Below, in pieces: positions 1 to 9,714 of a stretch of 37,963 nucleotides of DNA. A program made the translations under genes and the position numbers. The notes beneath the pieces were generated by a model. The model saw nothing but the letters and a program-made list of their open reading frames with translations, was not told where the DNA came from and did no database searches. Each line of letters opens with the position of its first letter. Position 1 is the first letter of the stretch. The stretch is from positions 1 through 37,963 of the forward strand of contig JBHLLG010000025.1 of the NCBI GenBank assembly GCA_048885925.1. The letters are read 5' to 3'. Origin of the DNA: Candidatus Hermodarchaeota archaeon (GTDB lineage Archaea; Asgardarchaeota; Lokiarchaeia; Sigyniarchaeales; SOKP01).

Positions 1-434
1 TATTCACAACTTAGCTTCTTAGCTAAATCTTCTGCTTCTAATCGGTCTACTTCTCTTTCTAAATCAACTTTATTACCTAAAAGTAACATAGGAATCGCTT
101 TTTTTACAGTTTTCTTAATAGAACTTATCCAACCTGGAATCTTTAATAAACTTTGGCTAGACGATAAATCAAAGACACCTAATGCTGCATTACTTCCTTT
201 AAAATAAATTGTTCGAAGTTTATGGAATTGTGGTTGTCCTCCTATATCCCAGAGGAGGAGACGCACATTTTTATTATCAATTTCTACATCTTTAATTAAA
301 AAGTTACTACCTATTGTTTTCTTTAAATCATCACTAAAATAATCTTTTATATAACGCAGCAATAAGGATGTTTTACCTACTCCACCGGGTCCGAATAGAG
401 TAATTTTGAATTTATACTGAGTATCTGAACTCAT
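1..434 (-). CDS. Rab/Ras-superfamily small GTPase (3' end runs off the window)
   Basis: Not in ORF track. Hand translation from ATG at 434: MSSDTQYKFKITLFGPGGVGKTSLLLRY...KKTIGSNF...LLLWDIGGQPQFHKLRTIYFKGSNAALGVFD...LLGNKVDLEREV. G1 (GxxxxGKT), G2 Thr, G3 (DxxGQ) and G4 (NKxD) are all present. Confidence 0.95.
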   Translation of the reverse strand, partial: MSSDTQYKFKITLFGPGGVGKTSLLLRYIKDYFSDDLKKTIGSNFLIKDVEIDNKNVRLLLWDIGGQPQFHKLRTIYFKGSNAALGVFDLSSSQSLLKIPGWISSIKKTVKKAIPMLLLGNKVDLEREVDRLEAEDLAKKLSCE

Positions 435-633
435 CTTCAACTTCCTCGTAAGATCTTAATATTTGGGGTGATTATTTAAAAGTTTTTCTACAAATTTCTA
501 AATAAGTTGGAATTAACTTGATTTTATTATAATATTAATTAATTCATTACTTATTATTTCATATGATCTTTTAAAGATATATATCTTTATATAAAGCTTA
601 ATTTTTTTTAAAATCCTTCATATGAGATACTTT

Positions 634-1905
634 TTATGAATTCTTCTTCTTTTGTCCCATACTCCCGATTTTTGTCATAATCCATTCAGGTGTTCCAACA
701 CCATTAAAATATTCTAGCCAAATATACATAAGTAATCCTAAAAAACCACAATAACCCACCCAGACAATTGGTAAAAATATAATTGAGAATTGGCCGGGAT
801 ATATTGGAAGGAATAAATATTGAATCAGAAACAATGAGAGGCTTGTTTTTCCGTAAAAAAAAAGTAATTTTACAACATCGTTGGTTTTATTTTTTATATC
901 AATAAAGTAAAAACATATCGCAATGAGTACAAAGGCTACTCCAAGATTATAGAACATATTTTGGGCAGTACATCTTATCATATACATCGGCATTGCGTCA
1001 AAAGGTGTAAATTTTTGTCGATTAGCAATTTCGAGTAATTGAACATGCAAATATTCTGACTCTACGATATAACCTGGTGAGGTCTGAAAAGGAAAAAGAG
1101 CTGGTTTTACTCGCGACAACCCAATTTCCCATATCTCAAAAGAAACGCCCCTAGGAACGATAATAAATAAACCAATTAGAACTAATGCAATTCCATAAAA
1201 AGCAAATATTCGAAACAACCTATAATATGCCTCTCTAGTACCTGAGATCATAGTTTCGTGAAGATATTCCCCAAATATGGTAGAAATAAAGCAAACTGCT
1301 AAAAAGGGTAAAATTGGTACTTGAGGCAGTGGAGATGTTATAATAAAATGAAGTATATAAACTACAGCATTTGCATTCTTAAATTCATAAAGGACATCAC
1401 GAATCCAAGGAGAAATGTAGATAATAATTGTACCAATTATAGCTCGTACCATTTTAGAGAATTTTAAAACATAATAACATAAAATCTGAGAGAAACCAAT
1501 AAACATTAGAATATTCCAACCCCACAAATTTGCAGGAAAAGCAACTACTTCACCGGCTGTTTGTAAAGAGACTGGATTAAAAAGCACCCCAATAATTATA
1601 ATCACTAGCCCTCTCATTAAAATACCATTGCGAATAACTTTTTCTGGAATATCACCTTTTTTTCTTTTAACACTGAAAACTACACTTAATGCGGAAAGAA
1701 AAACAAATAAAGAAGGTCCAAGAACATCCAAAAATGCAAATACCAATCCATATACATATCTCCAATCTCGATCAAGCCAACTGAGAGCAGCATGAGCTAA
1801 AATTATCCATACTAAAGCAAATCCTTTGACAAAGTCTATTGAAGCAATACGTTTTTTAGTATTATTTTTAAAATCATTTATTTCTTCTTCATTTATTATT
1901 GACAT
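634..1905 (-). CDS. Multi-pass membrane acyltransferase, HGSNAT/DUF1624-like
   Basis: N-terminal RIASIDFVKGFALVWIILAH matches the R.xS.D..(R/K)G......H motif; many TM segments; paralog of 3406-4806. Confidence 0.75.
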   Translation of the reverse strand: MSIINEEEINDFKNNTKKRIASIDFVKGFALVWIILAHAALSWLDRDWRYVYGLVFAFLDVLGPSLFVFLSALSVVFSVKRKKGDIPEKVIRNGILMRGLVIIIIGVLFNPVSLQTAGEVVAFPANLWGWNILMFIGFSQILCYYVLKFSKMVRAIIGTIIIYISPWIRDVLYEFKNANAVVYILHFIITSPLPQVPILPFLAVCFISTIFGEYLHETMISGTREAYYRLFRIFAFYGIALVLIGLFIIVPRGVSFEIWEIGLSRVKPALFPFQTSPGYIVESEYLHVQLLEIANRQKFTPFDAMPMYMIRCTAQNMFYNLGVAFVLIAICFYFIDIKNKTNDVVKLLFFYGKTSLSLFLIQYLFLPIYPGQFSIIFLPIVWVGYCGFLGLLMYIWLEYFNGVGTPEWIMTKIGSMGQKKKNS

Positions 1906-2089
1906 TCTTTTTCCAACTCAAATAAAATAGTAAAATATTAATTTCCTAAGTAAAATTTTAATATTATTATTATTGAAAATTTAAACCATATAAAACCTTT
2001 TTGTTATTCTTACGGTAGGCTGCTTTTAATAAACTTTCCTCTATAGAAATTACAATTCTTAAAAATATTATACATATCCTAAATAAGAT

Positions 2090-3373
2090 CTATCTAATTT
2101 GATTTAGATAATACACAAGTAAGCAGTAATATAATAAAATCAACAATATTAAGCCTCCCGCATTAAAAGGGAAAAAAGTGTAAGTTAAATAAAAAAGACC
2201 CCAGAAAACAACCATCAATATAGCTATAAGATAATGAAGACACTTGAAAAATTTGTAATATTTGAAAGTTTTATTGGATAATATAAAAAAAATCAAAAAT
2301 GGAGTCAAAACAACAAGATGATGAGGCCATGAATCAAAATATACAATTAATAACACCAAAATCCCCGCAAAATAACCATTGATTAAATTAAGAGGTTTAT
2401 TAGTATTTTGAATATGTAGAGACCATATTGGGATTAAAATGATCAATGTGATAATTACAAAAATTATGAAACCATTTACATCAAGACGAAGTAATTGCAA
2501 TAAAATTAAGACAATTCTAGTGAGACTAAATGAAGGATTAATTTCTGTGCCTTGTTCAGTAGTATAAGTATATTCCCCAGTTAAATTAATACTAATAAAG
2601 TCTGATAGCATTTGGGGATGAATTAAAAAGTAAATTGCTGATATTAATAATAAAATAATGGGTCCTAAGAATCTTATTGTCGTTTTTTTAAAATTGAAAA
2701 AGAATTTCTTATTTTCTCTATTATAACCTAAGAATATTAAAAATGGTAAGATTATAATTAAAGTAGGACGAATTAAAATTCCAAATCCTAATAAAAATCC
2801 TCCGATCAATTCATTCTTAACATTCTCTTTCAAAAAGAAATATAAAGAAGAGAAAATAAAAATAGAAACAATTATATTAATTTGTCCTAAAAAGAAATTC
2901 ATAAATTGTGGTAATGTTATAAGAAAGATAGCATTTTGATGAAGAATTGATTCATATTCTGCTTTATTAAATATCTCTTTGAAATTATTTAATTTATAAT
3001 TAAAATAAGGATTAGTAGGTATTTTAATCCAAATTAGAATGATATTATAAATTAAATATATAATTATAAAATTCAAAAAAAAATTGAAAATTTGAAAAAC
3101 AAAATAACCTAATTTTAATCCCATTAATGAAAATGGTGTAAAAAGATAAGCAGAAAGAGGAAAATATCTGAATGGAAATGGAGATAGTGAAGAGTTGTAT
3201 AAATTGGGTAAATCTTCAATAACATTCAAACCAGCATAATAAAATGATAAATAATCATTCTCATTGATACTCATTAAAGGACTATCTAAAAAGTAAAAGA
3301 AAATAAAAGTTAGGATCAAATAAAACGCATTTATAATGCAGGCTATTAAAAAGAAAAATCGCGTTTTATACAT
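2090..3373 (-). CDS. GT-C fold membrane glycosyltransferase (GT87/DUF2029-like)
   Basis: First loop NDYLSFYYAG...LY...PFRYFPLSAYLFTPF, then GQIN, GFLLGFGILIRP and SWPHH; polytopic membrane protein. Confidence 0.75.
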   Translation of the reverse strand: MYKTRFFFLIACIINAFYLILTFIFFYFLDSPLMSINENDYLSFYYAGLNVIEDLPNLYNSSLSPFPFRYFPLSAYLFTPFSLMGLKLGYFVFQIFNFFLNFIIIYLIYNIILIWIKIPTNPYFNYKLNNFKEIFNKAEYESILHQNAIFLITLPQFMNFFLGQINIIVSIFIFSSLYFFLKENVKNELIGGFLLGFGILIRPTLIIILPFLIFLGYNRENKKFFFNFKKTTIRFLGPIILLLISAIYFLIHPQMLSDFISINLTGEYTYTTEQGTEINPSFSLTRIVLILLQLLRLDVNGFIIFVIITLIILIPIWSLHIQNTNKPLNLINGYFAGILVLLIVYFDSWPHHLVVLTPFLIFFILSNKTFKYYKFFKCLHYLIAILMVVFWGLFYLTYTFFPFNAGGLILLILLYYCLLVYYLNQIR

Positions 3374-3405
3374 TAGAAATCCTACATTACCAATTTATTG
3401 ATTTT

Positions 3406-4806
3406 TTATTCATTTTCACCGTTCTTACTTAATTTCTTCATGAAATCTTCCATTTTCTTTACTTTTTCTCTCTTTTTAATTCTAGCATACATCTTTTTAG
3501 TTGTTTTTTTGACAGCTTGCCCTGATTTTTCTCCGATCCGACCAAACATTACCATAATCCATTCAGGTGACCCAACTCCTTTACCATATTCCATCCAGAG
3601 ATACATGAAGATACCTAAAAATCCAATATATGAAAGACTAATTATAAGGAATAAGGTAACATCAAATTGATTGAAAAAAAGTGGTATAAATAGAAAATGA
3701 ATGAGGAATAGACTTAAGGAGACTTTCCCAAAATAGATTAAAATATTTGTGATATCGTTAGATTTTTCTTTAATATCAATAAAATAGAAAAAAACAGCTA
3801 TAATTAATAAGGCAGCACCTTGATTATAAAACATATTAGCACTTGTGCCTCTTATTAGAAAATTAGGCATACCCGGGATTATAAAAAAATCTTGCTTATT
3901 AGCTGTATTTAATAACCTTAAATGGGGATATTCAGATAAGCCTCCTACTAGGGATGTAGGTGTTTCTAATGTCCACCCAGGTTGCCAATCAGTAAAATCA
4001 AATCCATTGGGATAAAAGGAGAAAATACCAATTAGAATAAAAATAATTCCCCATACAAAAAATATTCTAAACAAACCAATATATGCATTTTTAGTTCCCT
4101 TATTCATCGCTTCAAATATATATTCACCAAATATTGTAGAAATGAAGCAAATCGAAACCCATGGTAAAAGAGTTAAATGAGGTGTTGGAGAAGTTACAAT
4201 ATAATGAAAAAAGCTCAAAATTAGGTTTCCATCTTCTTTCCCTTGATAGAGAATAGCCCTTAAGGCTGGAGATAAGAAAATTATTAATATACCAATTATT
4301 ATCCGTCTAGATTTCTTTAATTTTAAAATATAATATGAAAAAATTTGAGAAAAACCAATAAAGGTAATAATATTCCACCCATAAATTGCAATCTTTATTT
4401 CTCCTTCTTCAAGAATTAAAATATTGGTAAGCATTCCTATTACTATCATAACAATACCGCGAGTTAAAACTCGATTTCTAACAATTTTTTGACGTAAAAT
4501 ACCTTCCTTTCTTTTAATACTAAATATTACACTTAGAGCTGAGAGAAATACAAATAAAGAGGGTCCTAAAATATCTAACAGAGCAAACATTATTCCATAT
4601 AAGTATTCTGAATCTGGTGCAAGCCAACCACTCGCAGTATGTGCAAGTATTACAAAAACTATTGCAAATCCTTTAAGAAAATCAATTGATGTAATACGTC
4701 TAGGTGAGGCGTAATCTCTTAGATCCTCAAGAGGAATTTCTTGTTTAAGATAATTGAATAAAGGGGGGGACTCAGTTTCTATTTCTGTTATGGTTTTTGA
4801 AGACAT
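3406..4806 (-). CDS. Multi-pass membrane acyltransferase, HGSNAT/DUF1624-like (paralog of 634-1905)
   Basis: RITSIDFLKGFAIVFVILAH; shares LGPSLFVFLSALSV, GWNI..FIGFSQI, CFISTIFGEY and G.G.PEWIM with 634-1905; Lys-rich C-terminal tail. Confidence 0.75.
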   Translation of the reverse strand: MSSKTITEIETESPPLFNYLKQEIPLEDLRDYASPRRITSIDFLKGFAIVFVILAHTASGWLAPDSEYLYGIMFALLDILGPSLFVFLSALSVIFSIKRKEGILRQKIVRNRVLTRGIVMIVIGMLTNILILEEGEIKIAIYGWNIITFIGFSQIFSYYILKLKKSRRIIIGILIIFLSPALRAILYQGKEDGNLILSFFHYIVTSPTPHLTLLPWVSICFISTIFGEYIFEAMNKGTKNAYIGLFRIFFVWGIIFILIGIFSFYPNGFDFTDWQPGWTLETPTSLVGGLSEYPHLRLLNTANKQDFFIIPGMPNFLIRGTSANMFYNQGAALLIIAVFFYFIDIKEKSNDITNILIYFGKVSLSLFLIHFLFIPLFFNQFDVTLFLIISLSYIGFLGIFMYLWMEYGKGVGSPEWIMVMFGRIGEKSGQAVKKTTKKMYARIKKREKVKKMEDFMKKLSKNGENE

Positions 4807-4942
4807 TTTAACTCACGATGTTTCTTTTTGATTTCTTTCTTCTTATTAAGAAAAATTAATATTTTCAAAATTTATTTTATTAATATTCTTTTTGGATTTT
4901 TATAATTTTTTAATTTAATAAAAAAAAATTGAATGACAATTC

Positions 4943-5365
4943 ATGGAATTTAAAAAATATATAAATTCTTTCCTTTTAGGAGTAATTGGTTCTATTATAT
5001 TAATATTATCTGAATTTTTTTCATGGTTTTCTGATTATAGTTTAATCGAGATTTATATTATCACTATAGATGTTGCTCTAGAAGACTCTTTTTTATTTTT
5101 ATTTCCATTATTAAGTGGGATAATTTGTTTAGTAGCAAGTATCCTAATTATATATAAGATAGAGTTAAAAATTAAATCAATTATAACAATGTTTATTGGT
5201 TTAGGCTTTTTATTGACTTTTTTTATAGATTACATTTCTCAAGAAATTCAATACTTATCTAATGCAGGTATTGGATTTTATTTGGGAATTGTGGGATTTT
5301 TATTAATACTATTTAATGTGCTCAATGTACTTCTATCAAATCAAAAAGTAAAGGAGGGTAATTAA
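4943..5365 (+). CDS. Small 4-TM membrane protein, unknown function
   Basis: 140-aa ORF with four hydrophobic segments, ending GIGFYLGIVG. Confidence 0.7.
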   Translation: MEFKKYINSFLLGVIGSIILILSEFFSWFSDYSLIEIYIITIDVALEDSFLFLFPLLSGIICLVASILIIYKIELKIKSIITMFIGLGFLLTFFIDYISQEIQYLSNAGIGFYLGIVGFLLILFNVLNVLLSNQKVKEGN

Positions 5366-5367
5366 GG

Positions 5368-6258
5368 ATTTCTGAAGGATCTAATAACATAAAAAATGAG
5401 AGTAATGAAAAGGATACTGAATCAAGTTTCTATTATGCTTTAGGACATGAAATACGAAGAAGAATAATAAGAATTATTGGAGATAATGAATATGCAACTT
5501 TTACAAAGCTTAAGAAGGAACTTAGAGTTAGCACTGGAACCATATATCATCATTTAGATACGTTATCAGATTTAATTGAACAAAAACAAGATAAAAAATA
5601 TTATCTAAAAGAGTTAGGGATATATGCATATAATTCTTTAAAGAGCAACATTATACCAATTCAATCACCTGATTTTGCACATCGGGAGTTTAAATCTCCA
5701 GTATTGCGTAAATTATTAAGGATTACTTTAAAACGTTTTATCCAGTTTGAAGAAAAAGATAAACCCATTACCTTAATAATTTCTGTTCTTATATTGATAG
5801 TAGGGACAATCTTATGTTTTTTAAATAATTACTACCCCTTTTTATTATTTTACATAGAGAGTGGAGACTATATTTTAGATATATTTTTTCAGATTTTAAT
5901 GATTGCTAGTTTTATAATCAATTTTTTTATATTTTTCATCATTATTGAGGGAATTTCTAGATTATTTTACAAAAAGAATGAAAATACAACAAGTTTTCTA
6001 ATAACTTTTCCGATTGTTCAATTCCCAATGATTTTTTATCTTACCTCACATTTGATATTAAAATGGGTTAATCTATTAAATATAAGTATTTTTAATTTAT
6101 TTGACAAAATTTTGTTAATTATTTTCCAAGTTTGGTCATTGTGGTTGTTATCATTTAGTTTATGTATAAAGAAGGAATTAAAGATTGAAATTAGTTTAAT
6201 AATTTCACTTTTTCTTCACTATGGGAGCTTCATGATAATCCTATTTTTATTGGCTTAA
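5368..6258 (+). CDS. ArsR-like winged-HTH domain fused to a multi-TM C-terminal domain (membrane-tethered regulator); start uncertain, probably ATT at 5368
   Basis: The frame of track ORF 5704-6258 is open back to 5362 and encodes FYYALGHEIRRRIIRIIGDNEYATFTKLKKELRVSTGTIYHHLDTLSDLIEQKQDKKYYLKELG. No ATG/GTG/TTG occurs in frame before 5704; GGAGG at 5353-5357 precedes ATT at 5368. Confidence 0.8.
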   Translation: MSEGSNNIKNESNEKDTESSFYYALGHEIRRRIIRIIGDNEYATFTKLKKELRVSTGTIYHHLDTLSDLIEQKQDKKYYLKELGIYAYNSLKSNIIPIQSPDFAHREFKSPVLRKLLRITLKRFIQFEEKDKPITLIISVLILIVGTILCFLNNYYPFLLFYIESGDYILDIFFQILMIASFIINFFIFFIIIEGISRLFYKKNENTTSFLITFPIVQFPMIFYLTSHLILKWVNLLNISIFNLFDKILLIIFQVWSLWLLSFSLCIKKELKIEISLIISLFLHYGSFMIILFLLA

Positions 6259-7540
6259 TAACATTAAAATTTAAATCCTTCAAAGATTGAATTATTTCAT
6301 TCAACCTCTTATTTGAAGAATTCAAATCTTTAGTTTTTGTAGCTACAAAACAGGAGTAGTCATTTGAACCATTTAGGGATATTGGTGGAGTAACGAATTC
6401 AGGAATTAACTTAATTAGTTTAGGTATAAATTCATTATTGAAAGATTCCATACTTTCAAATTCATCTGAAGAGAAATCAATCCGAGTGAAAACTGAATAA
6501 AATTTTGGATGTATCTCAGGTTTACTTGGAAAATTAAACTTGGAATTAATTATTAATTCTGCACAATTAAGATTTATAACTTTTCTCAAGCCAATATAGG
6601 AAGTGGTTAATCTAGGATTTATCTCAATTAAAGAAAAAGAAAGATCATGTTTTGCTATAAAATCAATACCAAAATATCCTTCAATTTTGAGGGGTTGAAA
6701 TTTATTGATTAAAAATGATATTTTTTTAAAAATATCTTTTAAATCTTCTATAGGGCAATAACCACCATAATATTCAGATTCAAAATTTTCTAATTTGACG
6801 TTCTGTGAATTTATACTTAAAATTATTGGATGTAGGTCTATTTGTTTCGGACAACCTATTAAAGATATACTTAAGTCTCTACCTTTAATAAATTCTTGAA
6901 GAATGTAAGTCCTCTTGGATTCTAATTTGTTATTAAGGCTACTAAAATAGTTTAATATATGATCTTCTTTTTCAAAATAATAAATTGATTCTGCTCCAAC
7001 ACCATCTTCAGGTTTAATCACAATAGGGCGTTTTAATTCTCTAAATTTTTGAAGAATAAAATCTAAATCTATAAACTTTTTTTTATAAGGAATTTTATAA
7101 GTTTTGGGTGTATAGATATCATTTTTTTTAAAAAATTTAAAGGTTTTAAGTTTTGAACTGCCAAGTTTTATTCCTGTTATATTGGTACTTAAAACGATTT
7201 TATCATATTTTTTTGCAATATGAGTTAATTTATGAAGAATATTGGAAGTTTCTGGGGCAATAATAAAAACATAATCGCATTTCTGTGCAAAGGTTTTAAA
7301 AATTTTTATATAATCTTCATTAATATCAACTCGTTTAATAATATCAGCTTGTAAAAACTGTGATAAAAAAAATACTCTATAATCCAATATTGTATGAATC
7401 TCAAAATCTAAAGCTTTAAAATCTAAGATTATGGATCTTAGCATTCCAAATCCTTCACAAAAAATTGAAGTTGGTATGTTAGTTTTACTAAAACCTCCAC
7501 CAGAGACAAATTCAAAAACAAAAATTAAATTTTTGGCCAA
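6230..7540 (-). CDS. ATP-grasp ligase, tyramine-L-glutamate ligase (MfnD)-like
   Basis: N-terminal IFVFEFVSGGG...EGFGMLRSI, IIAPE; ATP-grasp motifs VIKPEDGVG, LQEFIKG, GYFGIDF and IEINPRLTTSY. TTG start. Confidence 0.75.
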   Translation of the reverse strand: MAKNLIFVFEFVSGGGFSKTNIPTSIFCEGFGMLRSIILDFKALDFEIHTILDYRVFFLSQFLQADIIKRVDINEDYIKIFKTFAQKCDYVFIIAPETSNILHKLTHIAKKYDKIVLSTNITGIKLGSSKLKTFKFFKKNDIYTPKTYKIPYKKKFIDLDFILQKFRELKRPIVIKPEDGVGAESIYYFEKEDHILNYFSSLNNKLESKRTYILQEFIKGRDLSISLIGCPKQIDLHPIILSINSQNVKLENFESEYYGGYCPIEDLKDIFKKISFLINKFQPLKIEGYFGIDFIAKHDLSFSLIEINPRLTTSYIGLRKVINLNCAELIINSKFNFPSKPEIHPKFYSVFTRIDFSSDEFESMESFNNEFIPKLIKLIPEFVTPPISLNGSNDYSCFVATKTKDLNSSNKRLNEIIQSLKDLNFNVIKPIKIGLS

Positions 7541-7756
7541 TTTTAAAATAAAATCTATAATTAGATTTTTATAGATTAATTTTTAATATAAATTTTTTGC
7601 TATTTTACTTGTAAATAAGGTTTCACGTATTCATATAATAAAATTCAGAGTAGAATAAATGAATATTTTATACAAGATTTAACTAAATATTATTTAAAAT
7701 TCAATTTTAGGAAAAGAAAAAATAACATCAAAAGATTTTAAAAGAAATATTAAATA

Positions 7757-9028
7757 TTGTTATATAACTCAAATCTATTAAAAATTGCTGATTCTGATAT
7801 GTTTTTTGATGAAGAAACCATGATGCGGATTAGGTATCTTCATTTTAAAATTAAAAAACTTGAAGATGCCATAAAAAAGGAAGAAGAATCTTTTAGTTTA
7901 GACGATCTAAATTTTATATTAGAATATACTAAGATCTTAAATATTAATTATAGAACAGAAAATCCTAAAATTATTTTAAAAGAATTAGATATTACATCTG
8001 TTTTTATTGATCCCCTAACTAATCAGGAGATTGAAATTCAAGATATTATGTTTGAGTGCGCTCGAGTGTTATGGGTTATGGCGAGAGCATATTCAATTTT
8101 AGCAGAAAAATATGAAGCTGAAGAAGAATGGGAAAATGCTATAATAGCAATGACTGAATGTAGTAAAATGTATAAAACTGCTGCCTACTTTAGTGCTTCA
8201 GTAGTGTTTCAAGAAGAAAAAGGTGTAACTCTCTCTTCCGAGAATTTAGAATTAAAATCAGAGGAATCTAGAATCCTTGCTCAAAGTTTTGCTTCATTAA
8301 GAGAAGAATTGAATAATAATATTTACTTTTCTTCAAAATTATATGCAGGTCTTAGTCTATTGTCAAAAAGACTATTTTATTTAAAAAAACACGAAGAAAA
8401 AAAGAAGCAAAAAATTAGAGCCCAATTTCATTATGATATGGGGAAATCGTGTTACCTTAAAGCTCGTGCTACTTTGGAATCGTCAATTACAACAATTAAT
8501 AAGGAAAAAGTCACTAAGTTACAACAGAAAGCTATTTGGTATTTCTCGAAAGCGAATGATATATGGGAGGATATGTTAAAAAACATCTCCCTTTCAAATG
8601 AGGAAAGAGAAAATATTGAATTAAATTTATCTATTGTAAAAGAAAATATAAAGGAAAATGATGTAGAGCAATTAGGATACGAAGAAATAAAGAAGATTCA
8701 AGATCCAGAACCAATCATAATTATTCCAGAGAATTTAGCTCCATTTGTACCTAAAAATATTATATATTTAACAAAATTTGTACCTAAAGATTTAAATGTT
8801 AAACGATTTAAGTCTTACCAACATAAAAAATTGGATGAAAAAATTCCTTATAGTAAAAAGGAAAAATTGATGGATAAAAAAGCGGGAGTGGTAAGAACTA
8901 TAAATGAATTAAAGTTACTAAAAGAAAGTAACGAAATAGATGTGGAAAAATTTGCAGATCTAATGGAAAAATATTCCACAAAATTGAAAATGATAGATTC
9001 AGCTATAGAAAAATTAGCGAAACGTTAA
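7757..9028 (+). CDS. Helical protein, candidate BRO1-like domain plus C-terminal helical hairpin (ATG at 7799 is an alternative start)
   Basis: Long ORF. VFIDPL..QDIMFECARVLW..ARAYS, LSSENL...ILAQ, SKL and KEND...DPEPI occur in the same order as BRO1-domain motifs (aligned by eye). Confidence 0.55.
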   Translation: MLYNSNLLKIADSDMFFDEETMMRIRYLHFKIKKLEDAIKKEEESFSLDDLNFILEYTKILNINYRTENPKIILKELDITSVFIDPLTNQEIEIQDIMFECARVLWVMARAYSILAEKYEAEEEWENAIIAMTECSKMYKTAAYFSASVVFQEEKGVTLSSENLELKSEESRILAQSFASLREELNNNIYFSSKLYAGLSLLSKRLFYLKKHEEKKKQKIRAQFHYDMGKSCYLKARATLESSITTINKEKVTKLQQKAIWYFSKANDIWEDMLKNISLSNEERENIELNLSIVKENIKENDVEQLGYEEIKKIQDPEPIIIIPENLAPFVPKNIIYLTKFVPKDLNVKRFKSYQHKKLDEKIPYSKKEKLMDKKAGVVRTINELKLLKESNEIDVEKFADLMEKYSTKLKMIDSAIEKLAKR

Positions 9029-9052
9029 AATTAAACTTAATTTACTTGGAAA

Positions 9053-9556
9053 TTATAGCAATTCAGCAGGTAAATGCCCTTTTTCTCTTTCAATATACTT
9101 TTTGCGATTGGCTTCTAATTCAAAATCTCGTTGGGACGCTTCTAAAAATAATAAATCGTAAACTTCTTTAAATATTAAACCTATTAACATTAATTCCAAT
9201 AGAAAGATAAGAAATATCAAAATTAATTCTAGATTATGCAGATCTCTAAAAAAAAGTGTAGCAAATGCAAAAATATGAGGAATATAGAATAAAGTTACAA
9301 ATCCGATTACTTTACCAAACTTAATTATAACTTTATTTTCTAACTTGAAAATTTTTTCTAATTTTAAAGCGATCCTCAAATAATAAGAAGAAAACAAAAG
9401 ATTTATTGAACATAAAATAATAATAAAATCTCGTTCTTGAGCTTGTAAACCAATATAAGGCTTAATTATAAAGGTCCCTATTAAAAGTGTTAATGAGAAA
9501 AAAAATAAGACCAACGATAAGCTAGTCAACCCATCTTTAAAATCCTTAAAATCCAT
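9053..9556 (-). CDS. 4-TM membrane protein, unknown function
   Basis: 167-aa ORF, four hydrophobic segments, charged C-terminus. Confidence 0.7.
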   Translation of the reverse strand: MDFKDFKDGLTSLSLVLFFFSLTLLIGTFIIKPYIGLQAQERDFIIILCSINLLFSSYYLRIALKLEKIFKLENKVIIKFGKVIGFVTLFYIPHIFAFATLFFRDLHNLELILIFLIFLLELMLIGLIFKEVYDLLFLEASQRDFELEANRKKYIEREKGHLPAELL

Positions 9557-9714
9557 TATTAAATATATAAGTTAATTCAAGTAAAATATTATATCCATTT
9601 TTTAAACCAAATTAAATTGATAAGATAAAAAGTTGAAATTTTATTAAAGACAGAAACAACATTATATTAATTGATTTTATTGAGAAAAATCAAGCTTTTC
9701 TATGAACTTTTTAA

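Noticed and set aside
7550-7569. Inverted repeat AAAATCTA-N4-TAGATTTT upstream of the MfnD-like gene
   Set aside because: An 8-bp AT-rich arm is expected by chance at this base composition, and no second copy was noticed.
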